DNA of 64,000 nt from assembly GCA_944388575.1 (NCBI GenBank), contig CALXJF010000003.1, positions 12,926 through 76,925 on the forward strand, written 5' to 3'. Below, in pieces: positions 50,174 to 59,128 of this stretch; position 1 is the first letter of the stretch, and each line of letters starts with the position of its first letter. Made by a program: the position numbers and the translations under genes. The stretch comes from an uncultured Clostridia bacterium. Its GTDB lineage: Bacteria > Bacillota > Clostridia > TANB77 > CAG-465. Below the pieces are notes generated by a model. It was not told the DNA's origin and did no database searches. It worked only from the letters and a program-made list of their open reading frames with translations.

Positions 50174-51610
50174 TTAAATAATCAAATCGTCTTCAGATGA
50201 ATCTGTACTCTCCTTCTTTTCTGGTTCATTATTAACATTTGAATTTATATTATTTTCTGTATCAAAGCCTAATCTATCATCTAAAACATCAGAAGAAATA
50301 ATATCTGAATTATTATTTAGTTTATTTTCAATAGATGATTTATCATTCTTATCTTCTTCTAACGATCCATCCTTATTATCTTTAGAAATATCTTGTGAAT
50401 TCTTTGTAGTTTCATCAACAGAATCTACACTCTCTAGAATTCTTTTTTTATCTTCTTTATATTCTTCAACCAATATTGTATTTGCTTTTTTCTTAACATC
50501 ATCCGGTAAATTTTCGTTTTTAACAATTTCAGCTGCTTGTTTACTTATTCTATCCACTATATCCAACTGCTCAACTTCTGGAGAAATATATGTTCCCTCC
50601 TTAATAGCTTTTTTCATAGCATCTAAAGCTCTATATTGAGCCTCAATATTTATTTGTTCTTGGAGTTTTTCTTGTTTTTTCATAAACACATCTTCTGAAG
50701 TAGAATATAATCTATAAAATCCAGATTGTATAGCTTCTCTTACACTTAAGAAACCTTTATCATCTCTATTATACGCTGTATACAGTAAATCTGCCAGCTC
50801 GTTAGAAGACAATACTTCACCAGAAACAGAACAAGCCGAAAGAGCACTTATAATAGTTTGAGCTCTAGTTAATAATTCGTTATAACATATATTAACCAAT
50901 TCTTCTTTAGTAAAACTTTCCGCAGAAGTAATTTCAGTAGTATAATAAGAAACTAAAACGTAAAAATTTCTTTGTAATAAGTTTTTATTTAAGCTCAACC
51001 TCTCAACATAATTAATAATATCTTCAGCATATTCATATACATTTAGTACTCTTTCTCTTCTTTCTTCAGCTACTCTTATATCCTCTTCATTGGCATCAAA
51101 TTGTTCAATTAAATTATTATATTTCTTATTCGCTTCTTCATATTCTTCTCTTATACTACTAGCATTTGCTTTATAAGTACTAATTGCAGACTTTAAATCT
51201 ATATTTTGAGCTTGAACATATAATTGGATTGGATATCTTAATGTATTTAAAAAAGTAATAAATCCTTCTTCAACAGATATTTGTTCAACATCAGACATAA
51301 GGTCATAATTAATGCCTTTACATTTTATAGCCATAGTAAACTTTGTACCATCACTTTGAACAATCATATTATCTAAAATTCTATCAAACTCCATAAATTT
51401 AAAAATATCTTCTTTAGGAGTTTCTTTCGTATTACTCTTTACATTACCTTTTGTACTTTTTTTAGAATTTGACATATTTCTATCATTTTGATTTTTCACA
51501 TCTATACTAGCATTCCTCTTTTGTTTATTTATTACTATCAAAAAAATTCCTCCAGCAAGTAATAATATTCCTAACAATATAGCAGGAAATATTAAAGCAG
51601 TTAAATCCAT
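50174..51610 (-). CDS. TM-anchored 478-aa protein; the region after the anchor resembles a VirB4 N-terminal domain without an ATPase; acidic C-terminus
   Basis: N-terminal TM helix. FDRILDNMIVQSDGTKFTMAIKCKGINYDLMSDVEQISVEEGFITFLNTLRYPIQLYVQAQNIDL parallels, by eye, the N-terminal pattern of the adjacent VirB4. No Walker motifs. Confidence 0.35.
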   Translation of the reverse strand: MDLTALIFPAILLGILLLAGGIFLIVINKQKRNASIDVKNQNDRNMSNSKKSTKGNVKSNTKETPKEDIFKFMEFDRILDNMIVQSDGTKFTMAIKCKGINYDLMSDVEQISVEEGFITFLNTLRYPIQLYVQAQNIDLKSAISTYKANASSIREEYEEANKKYNNLIEQFDANEEDIRVAEERRERVLNVYEYAEDIINYVERLSLNKNLLQRNFYVLVSYYTTEITSAESFTKEELVNICYNELLTRAQTIISALSACSVSGEVLSSNELADLLYTAYNRDDKGFLSVREAIQSGFYRLYSTSEDVFMKKQEKLQEQINIEAQYRALDAMKKAIKEGTYISPEVEQLDIVDRISKQAAEIVKNENLPDDVKKKANTILVEEYKEDKKRILESVDSVDETTKNSQDISKDNKDGSLEEDKNDKSSIENKLNNNSDIISSDVLDDRLGFDTENNINSNVNNEPEKKESTDSSEDDLII

Positions 51611-51611
51611 T

Positions 51612-51959
51612 TTATTTTCCTCCTCTGTTTAAATTATATACATATATTTTTTTCTTTCTACCAAAAGTCAAAAATCTAAATGAAATATCGCTTAAGTTCT
51701 CTCCGCCAGCTTTTCTAAACTTTCCCATAGCAGGAATATCTGGTATTTTTAAAGTTCCAAATCCAAAACCAATAGCTCCAAAAATCACTGTAATTATTAT
51801 TCCAGGTACAAGTCCTAAACCAAATAAAGAGCCCAAATACCAAATTCCTGCACCAACTAAACCGATAGCAACTGTAGTAACAAATGATTTTATAGAAAAA
51901 ATATATAGAAGTCTTGTCTCTCCTTTTACACTACGTGGAACATAGTATGTTTTACCCAT
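51612..51959 (-). CDS. PrgI/VirB3-like small membrane protein
   Basis: 115 aa. YYVPRSVKGETRLLYIFSIKSFV followed by two TM helices. Located just upstream of the VirB4 module. Confidence 0.6.
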   Translation of the reverse strand: MGKTYYVPRSVKGETRLLYIFSIKSFVTTVAIGLVGAGIWYLGSLFGLGLVPGIIITVIFGAIGFGFGTLKIPDIPAMGKFRKAGGENLSDISFRFLTFGRKKKIYVYNLNRGGK

Positions 51960-51977
51960 ATATCATATCCTCCTTTT

Positions 51978-52637
51978 TTACTTACTAAAGACCTGTGTCA
52001 CAATTGTCGAAATAAGATTTAAAAAACCTACCGCGCAAAATGACATAATAATCCCTAATATAAATTGTCCTGATTTTGCTTTTAAATCAGCTTTACCTTT
52101 TGCACCAGTAAATATATATCTTAATCCAATATATAAAACAGCTCCTATTGCTAAAAAATTAGCAACATTAGTTAAAGTATTAAAAACTTTTGCTACTACA
52201 GTTTCATAACTTGTTGCATTACTTGGATTTAATACTAAATATCCATCTTGAAATAACAAATTCCAAATAGATGTCCAGCCAAAAAAGAAAATACAAGCCA
52301 CTAACAAATTCATTAAACTTTCTTTTACATCACCTTTTGCTTCAAAAGAACCAAACATATACTTTATTCCTAAAAAAATTGTTACAGTAACAATGACAGT
52401 GGTTCCAATAACGTTAACCATATCAGAAAGTGTTTTAATAACCTCAGAAGCTCCAGATGCAACAGTTTCCACATTTTCAACATTACCAGGACCAATTGTA
52501 TTGTCATATCCATCCCCAGAATACCAACTATTGGCATCTGTCCAAAAACCCGCATACACAAATGATTTGCTAAGAAAAAAAACAAAAATTAAACTAAATA
52601 GAAATATATAACTCCTCTTATTTTTTATCACAACCAT
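51978..52637 (-). CDS. tandem-duplicated VirB2/TrbC-like pilin module protein (two pilin-like repeats in one polypeptide)
   Basis: Signal peptide. Repeat 1: ..TIFLGIKYMFGSFEAKGDVKESLMNLLVACIFFFG... Repeat 2: ..VLYIGLRYIFTGAKGKADLKAKSGQFILGIIMSFCAVG... Both match the core of the three upstream paralogs. Confidence 0.55.
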   Translation of the reverse strand: MVVIKNKRSYIFLFSLIFVFFLSKSFVYAGFWTDANSWYSGDGYDNTIGPGNVENVETVASGASEVIKTLSDMVNVIGTTVIVTVTIFLGIKYMFGSFEAKGDVKESLMNLLVACIFFFGWTSIWNLLFQDGYLVLNPSNATSYETVVAKVFNTLTNVANFLAIGAVLYIGLRYIFTGAKGKADLKAKSGQFILGIIMSFCAVGFLNLISTIVTQVFSK

Positions 52638-52675
52638 TCCTCCATACTATTTTTTATATTATATCAATAACACAC

Positions 52676-52712
52676 AAAAAAGTCTACGCTTTTAACAAAA
52701 AAAACGTAGACT
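52676..52712 (-). terminator. intra-cluster hairpin terminator/attenuator between the pilin genes and the rest of the operon
   Basis: Minus strand: AGTCTACG, a 16-nt loop, CGTAGACT, then TTTTTGTGTG. It is followed by an extended -10 (TGATATAAT). Confidence 0.5.
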
Positions 52713-52761
52713 TTCTTTCTTTGCAATATTAATGAAACAAAAAAATAACAAATATGTAATA

Positions 52762-53139
52762 TTATACTATTTCAAAAAATACTCTTTTTACAAAATCTAT
52801 TACAAAAGTAGCTCCAAAGAAAATAACTATACCAATAAGCATAGGAAGTAAACTTTTCTTTATATCTGCTTTTTTGTCAGCATTTGCAAAAATATATGTC
52901 AAACCAATTATAAAAATCCCAATAAAAGCTGCTACTCTAGCTACATATATAAAAGTATTCCAAATTCTATTAAATTGTTTTGTAAAAAGTGGATCGGCAT
53001 TGTCAGCATCTTGTGCGATATTATCAATTTCAAAACCACTACCAAGTGGTTTCCTATCCGCAAAAACAAAAGTTTGAAAACTTATAAATATACTTATAAA
53101 AATCAATATAACTATCGATAATAATACATATCTCTTCAT
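52762..53139 (-). CDS. VirB2/TrbC-like pilin paralog 3
   Basis: 125 aa: signal peptide, hydrophilic segment, TM, loop ANADKKADIKKS, TM. Confidence 0.55.
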   Translation of the reverse strand: MKRYVLLSIVILIFISIFISFQTFVFADRKPLGSGFEIDNIAQDADNADPLFTKQFNRIWNTFIYVARVAAFIGIFIIGLTYIFANADKKADIKKSLLPMLIGIVIFFGATFVIDFVKRVFFEIV

Positions 53140-53151
53140 TTTCTACACCCT

Positions 53152-53529
53152 TTACAAAATTTCATCTGCAATTTTATATATCAAATCTACAAAAGTTGCT
53201 GTTCCAAAAACCAATACCAGACCTAAAAAAACATAGCCCATACTTTTTTTTATATCAGCCTTATCAGAAGAACTCGCTAACATATAGCTTATACCTGTAA
53301 AAATAATACCACAAAATGCAACCACTTGGACAATAGTTTTTGCAGTTGTCCATACACTAGAGGAAATCTCATGTATTTTATCAACTTCATACTCACCAGT
53401 GTCATCAATTTGACTGGACAATGGTTCATCATCAGCATATACCATTGGTATAAACATTAGACTAACTAATAAAAATATAATTAAACTCTTTAAAGTTACT
53501 TTTTTTGAATTACTCATTATATTCTCCAT
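53152..53529 (-). CDS. VirB2/TrbC-like pilin paralog 2
   Basis: 125 aa with the same topology. Loop ASSSDKADIKKS. Confidence 0.55.
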   Translation of the reverse strand: MENIMSNSKKVTLKSLIIFLLVSLMFIPMVYADDEPLSSQIDDTGEYEVDKIHEISSSVWTTAKTIVQVVAFCGIIFTGISYMLASSSDKADIKKSMGYVFLGLVLVFGTATFVDLIYKIADEIL

Positions 53530-53537
53530 ATTAAAAA

Positions 53538-53921
53538 TTATATATTTATATCTGCAGCTTCATTAAATATATCCATTAATAATTGAACAACAGTTGATGC
53601 ACCAAATACAAATATAGCACCTACAACTAAAATTACAGTTTGTTTCTTTATATCAGCTTTTGCATCTGCTGAGGCAAACATATATCTTATACCTGCAAAT
53701 ATAATTGCTACAAAAGCTATTATTTGTGCTACAACGGTAACAGTACTCCATATATTTTTTGCTAAACTAGTAACATTTGTTATTTCATCTCCTGCCTCTG
53801 GATACTCAATAAGAACTCCATCACCAGCAAAAACAGCTGTTCCGCAAGTAGCAGAAACTATTGTTAAACATAACAATAACACAGGTATTAATCTTAATAT
53901 AATTTTTTTAGATTTTTTCAT
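53538..53921 (-). CDS. VirB2/TrbC-like pilin paralog 1
   Basis: 127 aa. Signal peptide ending ..AVFA|GD. Core FAGIRYMFASADAKADIKKQTVILVVGAIFVFG. AAGGAGG RBS. Confidence 0.55.
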   Translation of the reverse strand: MKKSKKIILRLIPVLLLCLTIVSATCGTAVFAGDGVLIEYPEAGDEITNVTSLAKNIWSTVTVVAQIIAFVAIIFAGIRYMFASADAKADIKKQTVILVVGAIFVFGASTVVQLLMDIFNEAADINI

Positions 53922-53955
53922 ATTTTTTCCTCCTTAAGTTATATATTACTTTTTT

Positions 53956-53983
53956 ATTATATCAATAAATAACAAAAAATCAA
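53956..53983 (-). promoter_or_regulatory. candidate promoter of the pilin/T4SS-like operon (extended -10)
   Basis: Minus strand reads TTGATT, 16 nt, then TGATATAAT, about 35 nt upstream of the first pilin ATG. Confidence 0.5.
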
Positions 53984-54082
53984 TAGTTTTTTTAGATTTT
54001 TTATATATTTGATTAAAATGTAATATTTTTGTAATATTACTATATGTATGTATAAATTCTAAGCTTTTGTCATTTTTTATAT

Positions 54083-54619
54083 ATGAAATTTTCTTTACTT
54101 TTTAACTGGTTTATATATAATAATAGTATGAGCAAAAAAATATTACCTATTATATTATTAATAATTTTTACAATTTTATTTCAAAATCCAAATAAATCTA
54201 CTAATATTGGGTACATTTACCCTACATATGAACATAACATTTCATCTTATTTTGGATACAGAAATATATTTGGAAGTAGAAGTTTTCATAACGGAATTGA
54301 TTTTCCCGTACCTCAAGGTACTCCAGTATACTCAACACAAACAGGAATAGTAAAATATTGTTCTTTTATAAAAGGATATGGAAACTCCGTTATAGTACAA
54401 AATATTGATGGAAATACTGCTTTATATGCTCACTTAGAAGAAAATTATATTGTAAAAGTTGGACAAGAAGTAAATCAAGGAGAGCAAATAGCAATTGTAG
54501 GACCAAAATATCTATCAAATGGTATTTTAAATGGATTAACAACAGGACCGCATCTTCATTTTACAATATATAATAATGATGGAAATGCAATAGATCCATT
54601 ATCTCTTAATTTAAAATAA
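54083..54619 (+). CDS. M23-family (LytM-type) peptidoglycan endopeptidase
   Basis: HNGIDFPVPQGTPV .. GYGNSVIV .. LYAHL .. GPHLHFTIY. Divergent from the pilin operon. Confidence 0.85.
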   Translation: MKFSLLFNWFIYNNSMSKKILPIILLIIFTILFQNPNKSTNIGYIYPTYEHNISSYFGYRNIFGSRSFHNGIDFPVPQGTPVYSTQTGIVKYCSFIKGYGNSVIVQNIDGNTALYAHLEENYIVKVGQEVNQGEQIAIVGPKYLSNGILNGLTTGPHLHFTIYNNDGNAIDPLSLNLK

Positions 54620-54685
54620 TATTACTTTATAATAACAAAAAAGCTATTGAATTAATTACTTAAACTCAATAACTTTAAATATATT

Positions 54686-55339
54686 CTATACATTCTCACT
54701 TTTTAAATCACTTTCATCAGCTCTATCAACAGAAAGTTTAGCAATAGAGACTTCATAAGCTACTTTAGGTATTACCGTTCCATCTTCTAACTTTTTCTCA
54801 TAATTTCTTGATTGAATTCTTCCATTTAATTTCAATCTTGTTCCAACTTCAACTTTTTCACAAAACTTGGCATTTCTTCCCCATAATATACATGGTATAT
54901 AGTCAGACTTTTTATATGTTCTATTAACTGCTAATAAAACATCCGCAATTTCTCTTCCTAGTGGAGTTTTTCTATATATTGGTTTTTTACATATAAACCC
55001 AATAAAAGTTGCATCGTTAAGAGTTAGTATGCTTTCATCCTGAACTAATTCTATATCTTTTGCAAATATAGACAGTACTAATTTACTTTTTCCTTCAATT
55101 ATTTGATTATATGATCTAAACTGACCCTCAACATGCACAATTTCTCCGATCTTAATATCACCAATATTTACTAACCTTTCAGATATTATAATAGGAAGTT
55201 TATCAGTATAATCACTCATTCTTTTAGTTTCAACATAAAATCTATAAAATTTCTCTTCATATATTTCATGACTAAATTCTAATTCGGTTACTACTTTACC
55301 ACCAAGTTCAACTATATTATTATCGTTATAGTTCTCCAT
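54686..55339 (-). CDS. SSB-like protein with two tandem OB folds
   Basis: Two internally similar halves. Half 1: NNIVELGGKVV..GEIVHVEGQFRSYN..KLVLSIFAKDIELV. Half 2: NDATFIGFICK..GTRLKLNGRIQSRNY..VAYEVSIAKLSV. Both follow the SSB OB pattern. Confidence 0.5.
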   Translation of the reverse strand: MENYNDNNIVELGGKVVTELEFSHEIYEEKFYRFYVETKRMSDYTDKLPIIISERLVNIGDIKIGEIVHVEGQFRSYNQIIEGKSKLVLSIFAKDIELVQDESILTLNDATFIGFICKKPIYRKTPLGREIADVLLAVNRTYKKSDYIPCILWGRNAKFCEKVEVGTRLKLNGRIQSRNYEKKLEDGTVIPKVAYEVSIAKLSVDRADESDLKSENV

Positions 55340-55388
55340 AAAAATTTTCCTCCTTCGAACCTTATACTACTATTCTTATGTTTAATAT

Positions 55389-55431
55389 AAAAAAAAAATT
55401 ACTATGATATACATATTATATCATAGTAATT
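55389..55431 (-). terminator. strong rho-independent terminator after the 1,029-aa surface-protein gene
   Basis: 14-bp perfect stem AATTACTATGATAT..ATATCATAGTAATT followed by T9 on the minus strand. Confidence 0.8.
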
Positions 55432-55490
55432 TTATTTTGTAAATAGTTTATGTAAACATTACATTTAAAAGAAATAATCTATATCAATTT

Positions 55491-58400
55491 TTATGGTTTA
55501 TTTATACTTAAATTACGCCTTAATACATAATAAATTTCCCCATTATATTTAATTTGTGCATAATTATTATTAGGATTTCCTATAGATACAAGCTCTACTT
55601 TTGTTCCTTTTTCTACAGGTTTACTACCTCCAGAATTAGCTAAAATACTTTTATGTATAGAAACATAAGAGTTACTTATGTATCTATATTCTGTATTCTT
55701 TGAAGAACTATTATCCTTCTTCTTTTCTAATATATCTCTAGCAGTCATTTTTGTACCTGTATTTGGTGATTTTTCTGATAAATATTTATCACTCATATAA
55801 CCATTTGTATTTGTACTATCTATACTTATTTTAGTCCAACCATTTGCATCTTTACTTTCAGCATAAACTTTCGTTCCTTTATTTAAAGTAGTTATAATAC
55901 TTCCTCCAGGTGATGATCTTAAATTAACACTATTTCCTGTCACATATCTATTTGCTTTTATAGTTTTTACAGGATTATAACCACTTGAAGAACCTGAACT
56001 ACCTGAACCACTCGAGCTACTTGAAGAACTAGAACTACTATTTGATGAGTTTGAGTTTGAACTACTACTTGAAGTAGTTGTTTTCTTTTCTTTCTTTATT
56101 GTTTTTTCTTTTGTATCTGCTAAATACTTAGCTTCTACATATAAATTTTCATTTCCATTATATGCAATTCTAGCATATCCATTGGTATATTTCTCAAATG
56201 TCCAAACAGCAGTACTTCTTGGAATAGTAGTAAACTCAGAATTTCCCTCCGCATCAGATGCGATCTTTAATGAATCAGTATTTACATATCTTGTCTCTTT
56301 TATTTCTTTTGACACCTTAAGTCCAGCTTCTTGATTTTGTAAAACATATGGACTTTTTATTTCTATAGTTGTTTCGGCTGAAATATTGTTATCAGCATGA
56401 ACTACCATTTTTATTTTACATTTTCCTTCATATACAGTAGTAATAACATTATTAGTATTTCCATTACTTAAATATGTATAATTTAAAAGCGATGTAGCGT
56501 CTACAAAATCCCCACTTATCTTACCATTAACTAGTCCCACTTGTTCTAAAAACTGTTGATATTCTTCTGATTCTACAACACCTTCTTCTGTAGGATCTAA
56601 TTTTGTACCTTCACTTAAAGTAAATATTGGATTAAAACTAATTGTTTCGCCTGGTGCTACTTCATATTCTTTTTGAACAAAAGATATCTTTTTTATAGTT
56701 TCTATTACTTTTCCCACGGCTTCAAAATTTGTCTGAGCTACAATATCTTCAGATTCTTCTGTTCCTCTTGAATTCTTAGTTTTATCATATTCCATTTTTA
56801 AAATACCCGTACCATTAACACCTTTTTTTAGCTTAATTTTATTACCACTTACATCAACTACATCTTCATCTTCACATGATATTTTTACATTTTTCTTTAA
56901 AGCTTTATATACATCATCCTCTACTATAGTTGGATCTGCTACTGGATCATAGATTTTTCCAGACTCCATAAAAAATATTGGATTAAATTCATAAGACTTA
57001 TATTTATTTATATCAAGCTTATTTTCGCCAACATACTCTTTAGCAAATGAAATTGCTTTTACATTTCCTATACTTGATTTTAATTTTATTTTTGTTTCAA
57101 CTTTTGGGTTAGACTTAGAACTTGCTATTAAATCAGTTGTTTTATTTGGTTTTAAAGCAGTAATAGTACCATTTTCTATTATAAAATCCTCTGTATTAGA
57201 TAATTCTAAATTTAAATCATCTATTGAAGCTGTAACTGGTGATATATTTAATGTAAATTCATATCCAACTCCAACTTCTAATGGATAATCTTTAACATAA
57301 TCTTTTTCTTTTTCAGGATCATCAGGATCTTGAATAGCTTTAATTTTTTGAATAGACTTTTCTTTATCATAATTACTACCCGCATCTGATTCTACAGTAT
57401 TATTCAATACTGTCTTATCAATATAATTACCTGAGGTTATTTTTATTATATCTTGCATACCAGCATAATCTACAGTGATAGTAGCAGCTCCATCTTTTAA
57501 ACCTTTAACTGTTATTGTATTTTCATCATTTGATATTTCAATTATATCTTTATTATTATTTGTAAATTTAGCGGTTGAGCCATAATCATTTAGAATAGAA
57601 ATTATACCATCTTTATCAACTTTATATGAACCATCATTTTGAACTATTGTTTGAGTAGTATATGAAGAAATTTCAGAAGTTTTTACTTCTTTATATTCTC
57701 TTTCAGCTCTTACTTCAACATTAACCTCGGTACTTATTTCAGGATTAGATACTGAAATTATTTTCACTACTGTATTTCCATCTGATTTACCTTTAACAAC
57801 TCCCTTTGTATTAACAGTAGCAATATCTTTATCTTCAATTTCAAATTTTACTCTAGAATTAGCAGCAGATTCTGGTAGTACAGTATAACCTATAGTCACA
57901 TCTTCTTGTACATATGTAAGTACATTTTCTTCATCTACAATTATCTCTTCAACAGGAGTAGCAACTGAAATTCTTAACGTAGCTTTTACCTTTGGATTAT
58001 CTTTTAAACTTGCTGTAATAACGGCTGACCCATTTTCTAAGGTTTTAACTTTACCATATTCATCCACAGTACAAATATTTTCTTTACTACTTTTCCACTC
58101 TACTTCAGAATCAACAATTGATTGTGCCTCATCTTGAAGTTGAAAAGTTTTTTCTTCATCTTTACTCATTACAATTGTACCTTTAACTTGTGCATTATCT
58201 TCTTCATAGTAAATTGATACCTTACCTGGAATTACAGTTAAATTATAACTTGCAGTAAGTCCATCTACACTTACAGTGATTGTTGTTGTTCCCCTTGAAA
58301 CACTAGTTACTCTTCCTTTTTCATCTACTACTGCAACTTCTGGGTTACTACTACTCCAAACCATTTCAGCTTTAGAACTAATTTTCTTTTTGAGTGGAGA

Positions 58401-58580
58401 GTATCTTAGACTTTTCCCAAGTGAAAGGGTTTTCTCTTGAACTGAGAAACTCAACTCTTTCTGTGAAGTTATTTCTGTTGCCATAACACTTGCTATATTA
58501 ATAACACCAGAAAAATTCATGGTTATTAAACATACTACTAAAAGACATGCAACAATTTTATTTAATTTCAAGATACTCAC
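55491..58580 (-). CDS. 1,029-aa secreted surface protein: multiple Big_2 Ig-like domains, poly-Ser linker, two C-terminal SH3b-like wall-binding domains
   Basis: Signal peptide. Big_2 pattern WSSSNPEVAVVDEKGRVTSVSRGTTTITV (several copies). TTSSSSSNSNSSNSSSSSSSSSSGSGSSGSSSG linker. SH3b-like NSVNLRSSPGGSIITTLNKGTKVYAESKDANGWTKI. Confidence 0.75.
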   Translation of the reverse strand: MSILKLNKIVACLLVVCLITMNFSGVINIASVMATEITSQKELSFSVQEKTLSLGKSLRYSPLKKKISSKAEMVWSSSNPEVAVVDEKGRVTSVSRGTTTITVSVDGLTASYNLTVIPGKVSIYYEEDNAQVKGTIVMSKDEEKTFQLQDEAQSIVDSEVEWKSSKENICTVDEYGKVKTLENGSAVITASLKDNPKVKATLRISVATPVEEIIVDEENVLTYVQEDVTIGYTVLPESAANSRVKFEIEDKDIATVNTKGVVKGKSDGNTVVKIISVSNPEISTEVNVEVRAEREYKEVKTSEISSYTTQTIVQNDGSYKVDKDGIISILNDYGSTAKFTNNNKDIIEISNDENTITVKGLKDGAATITVDYAGMQDIIKITSGNYIDKTVLNNTVESDAGSNYDKEKSIQKIKAIQDPDDPEKEKDYVKDYPLEVGVGYEFTLNISPVTASIDDLNLELSNTEDFIIENGTITALKPNKTTDLIASSKSNPKVETKIKLKSSIGNVKAISFAKEYVGENKLDINKYKSYEFNPIFFMESGKIYDPVADPTIVEDDVYKALKKNVKISCEDEDVVDVSGNKIKLKKGVNGTGILKMEYDKTKNSRGTEESEDIVAQTNFEAVGKVIETIKKISFVQKEYEVAPGETISFNPIFTLSEGTKLDPTEEGVVESEEYQQFLEQVGLVNGKISGDFVDATSLLNYTYLSNGNTNNVITTVYEGKCKIKMVVHADNNISAETTIEIKSPYVLQNQEAGLKVSKEIKETRYVNTDSLKIASDAEGNSEFTTIPRSTAVWTFEKYTNGYARIAYNGNENLYVEAKYLADTKEKTIKKEKKTTTSSSSSNSNSSNSSSSSSSSSSGSGSSGSSSGYNPVKTIKANRYVTGNSVNLRSSPGGSIITTLNKGTKVYAESKDANGWTKISIDSTNTNGYMSDKYLSEKSPNTGTKMTARDILEKKKDNSSSKNTEYRYISNSYVSIHKSILANSGGSKPVEKGTKVELVSIGNPNNNYAQIKYNGEIYYVLRRNLSINKP

Positions 58581-59118
58581 CTCCTATATATCCATAAGTT
58601 TGAAAATCAGTAACTGGTACGATATTATATGTATCTGCTACATCAGAATCAATATTTACTGTTACTTTGTACTTGGATAAAGGAGGAAGTTCTTTACTAT
58701 CTAAATCAATAGTTCCTGCTATACTCCCATCATTATTAACAAATTGTAATCTATACTTAAAGCCCTCAATTTTTTCTTTAGTATGATTTTTTACTGTAAA
58801 AGTTAGTATACTATCTTCAAAATCAGATACAATAGAGAAATCATACATTCCAACTTTATTATCTAATATAAATTTTTCATTAGAAAGTATTGAACTTATA
58901 TTTATTTTTCTATTATTTTCATCAACACTTGCTACCTCATTATCTACATATATAGATGATAAATTTTCGAGCGTTTTAGTAAACTTCATTTCATCTAAAT
59001 AAATATCTTTATATTCTTTATCTGGCATATTTAATAAAACTATTATTGTAACCATTATCCCAATTAAAACTACAAATCCAATTCCTATTACAATCTTTTT
59101 TTTATTTGTCTTTTCCAT
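58558..59118 (-). CDS. bitopic protein with beta-sandwich-like ectodomain (paralog of 59129-59638)
   Basis: 186 aa with an N-terminal TM helix. Shares its layout with the upstream gene. Confidence 0.5.
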   Translation of the reverse strand: MEKTNKKKIVIGIGFVVLIGIMVTIIVLLNMPDKEYKDIYLDEMKFTKTLENLSSIYVDNEVASVDENNRKINISSILSNEKFILDNKVGMYDFSIVSDFEDSILTFTVKNHTKEKIEGFKYRLQFVNNDGSIAGTIDLDSKELPPLSKYKVTVNIDSDVADTYNIVPVTDFQTYGYIGGEYLEIK

Positions 59119-59128
59119 ATATAATCTC

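Noticed and set aside
36158-53921. Possibility that the cluster is a prophage tail/lysis module (giant hydrolase as tail lysin or tape-measure-like protein)
   Set aside because: No terminase, portal, capsid, tail-tube or holin-endolysin pattern is present. The presence of a VirB4-type ATPase (DEAW Walker B), a PrgI-like protein and a VirB6-like protein in conjugation-module order argues for a T4SS.
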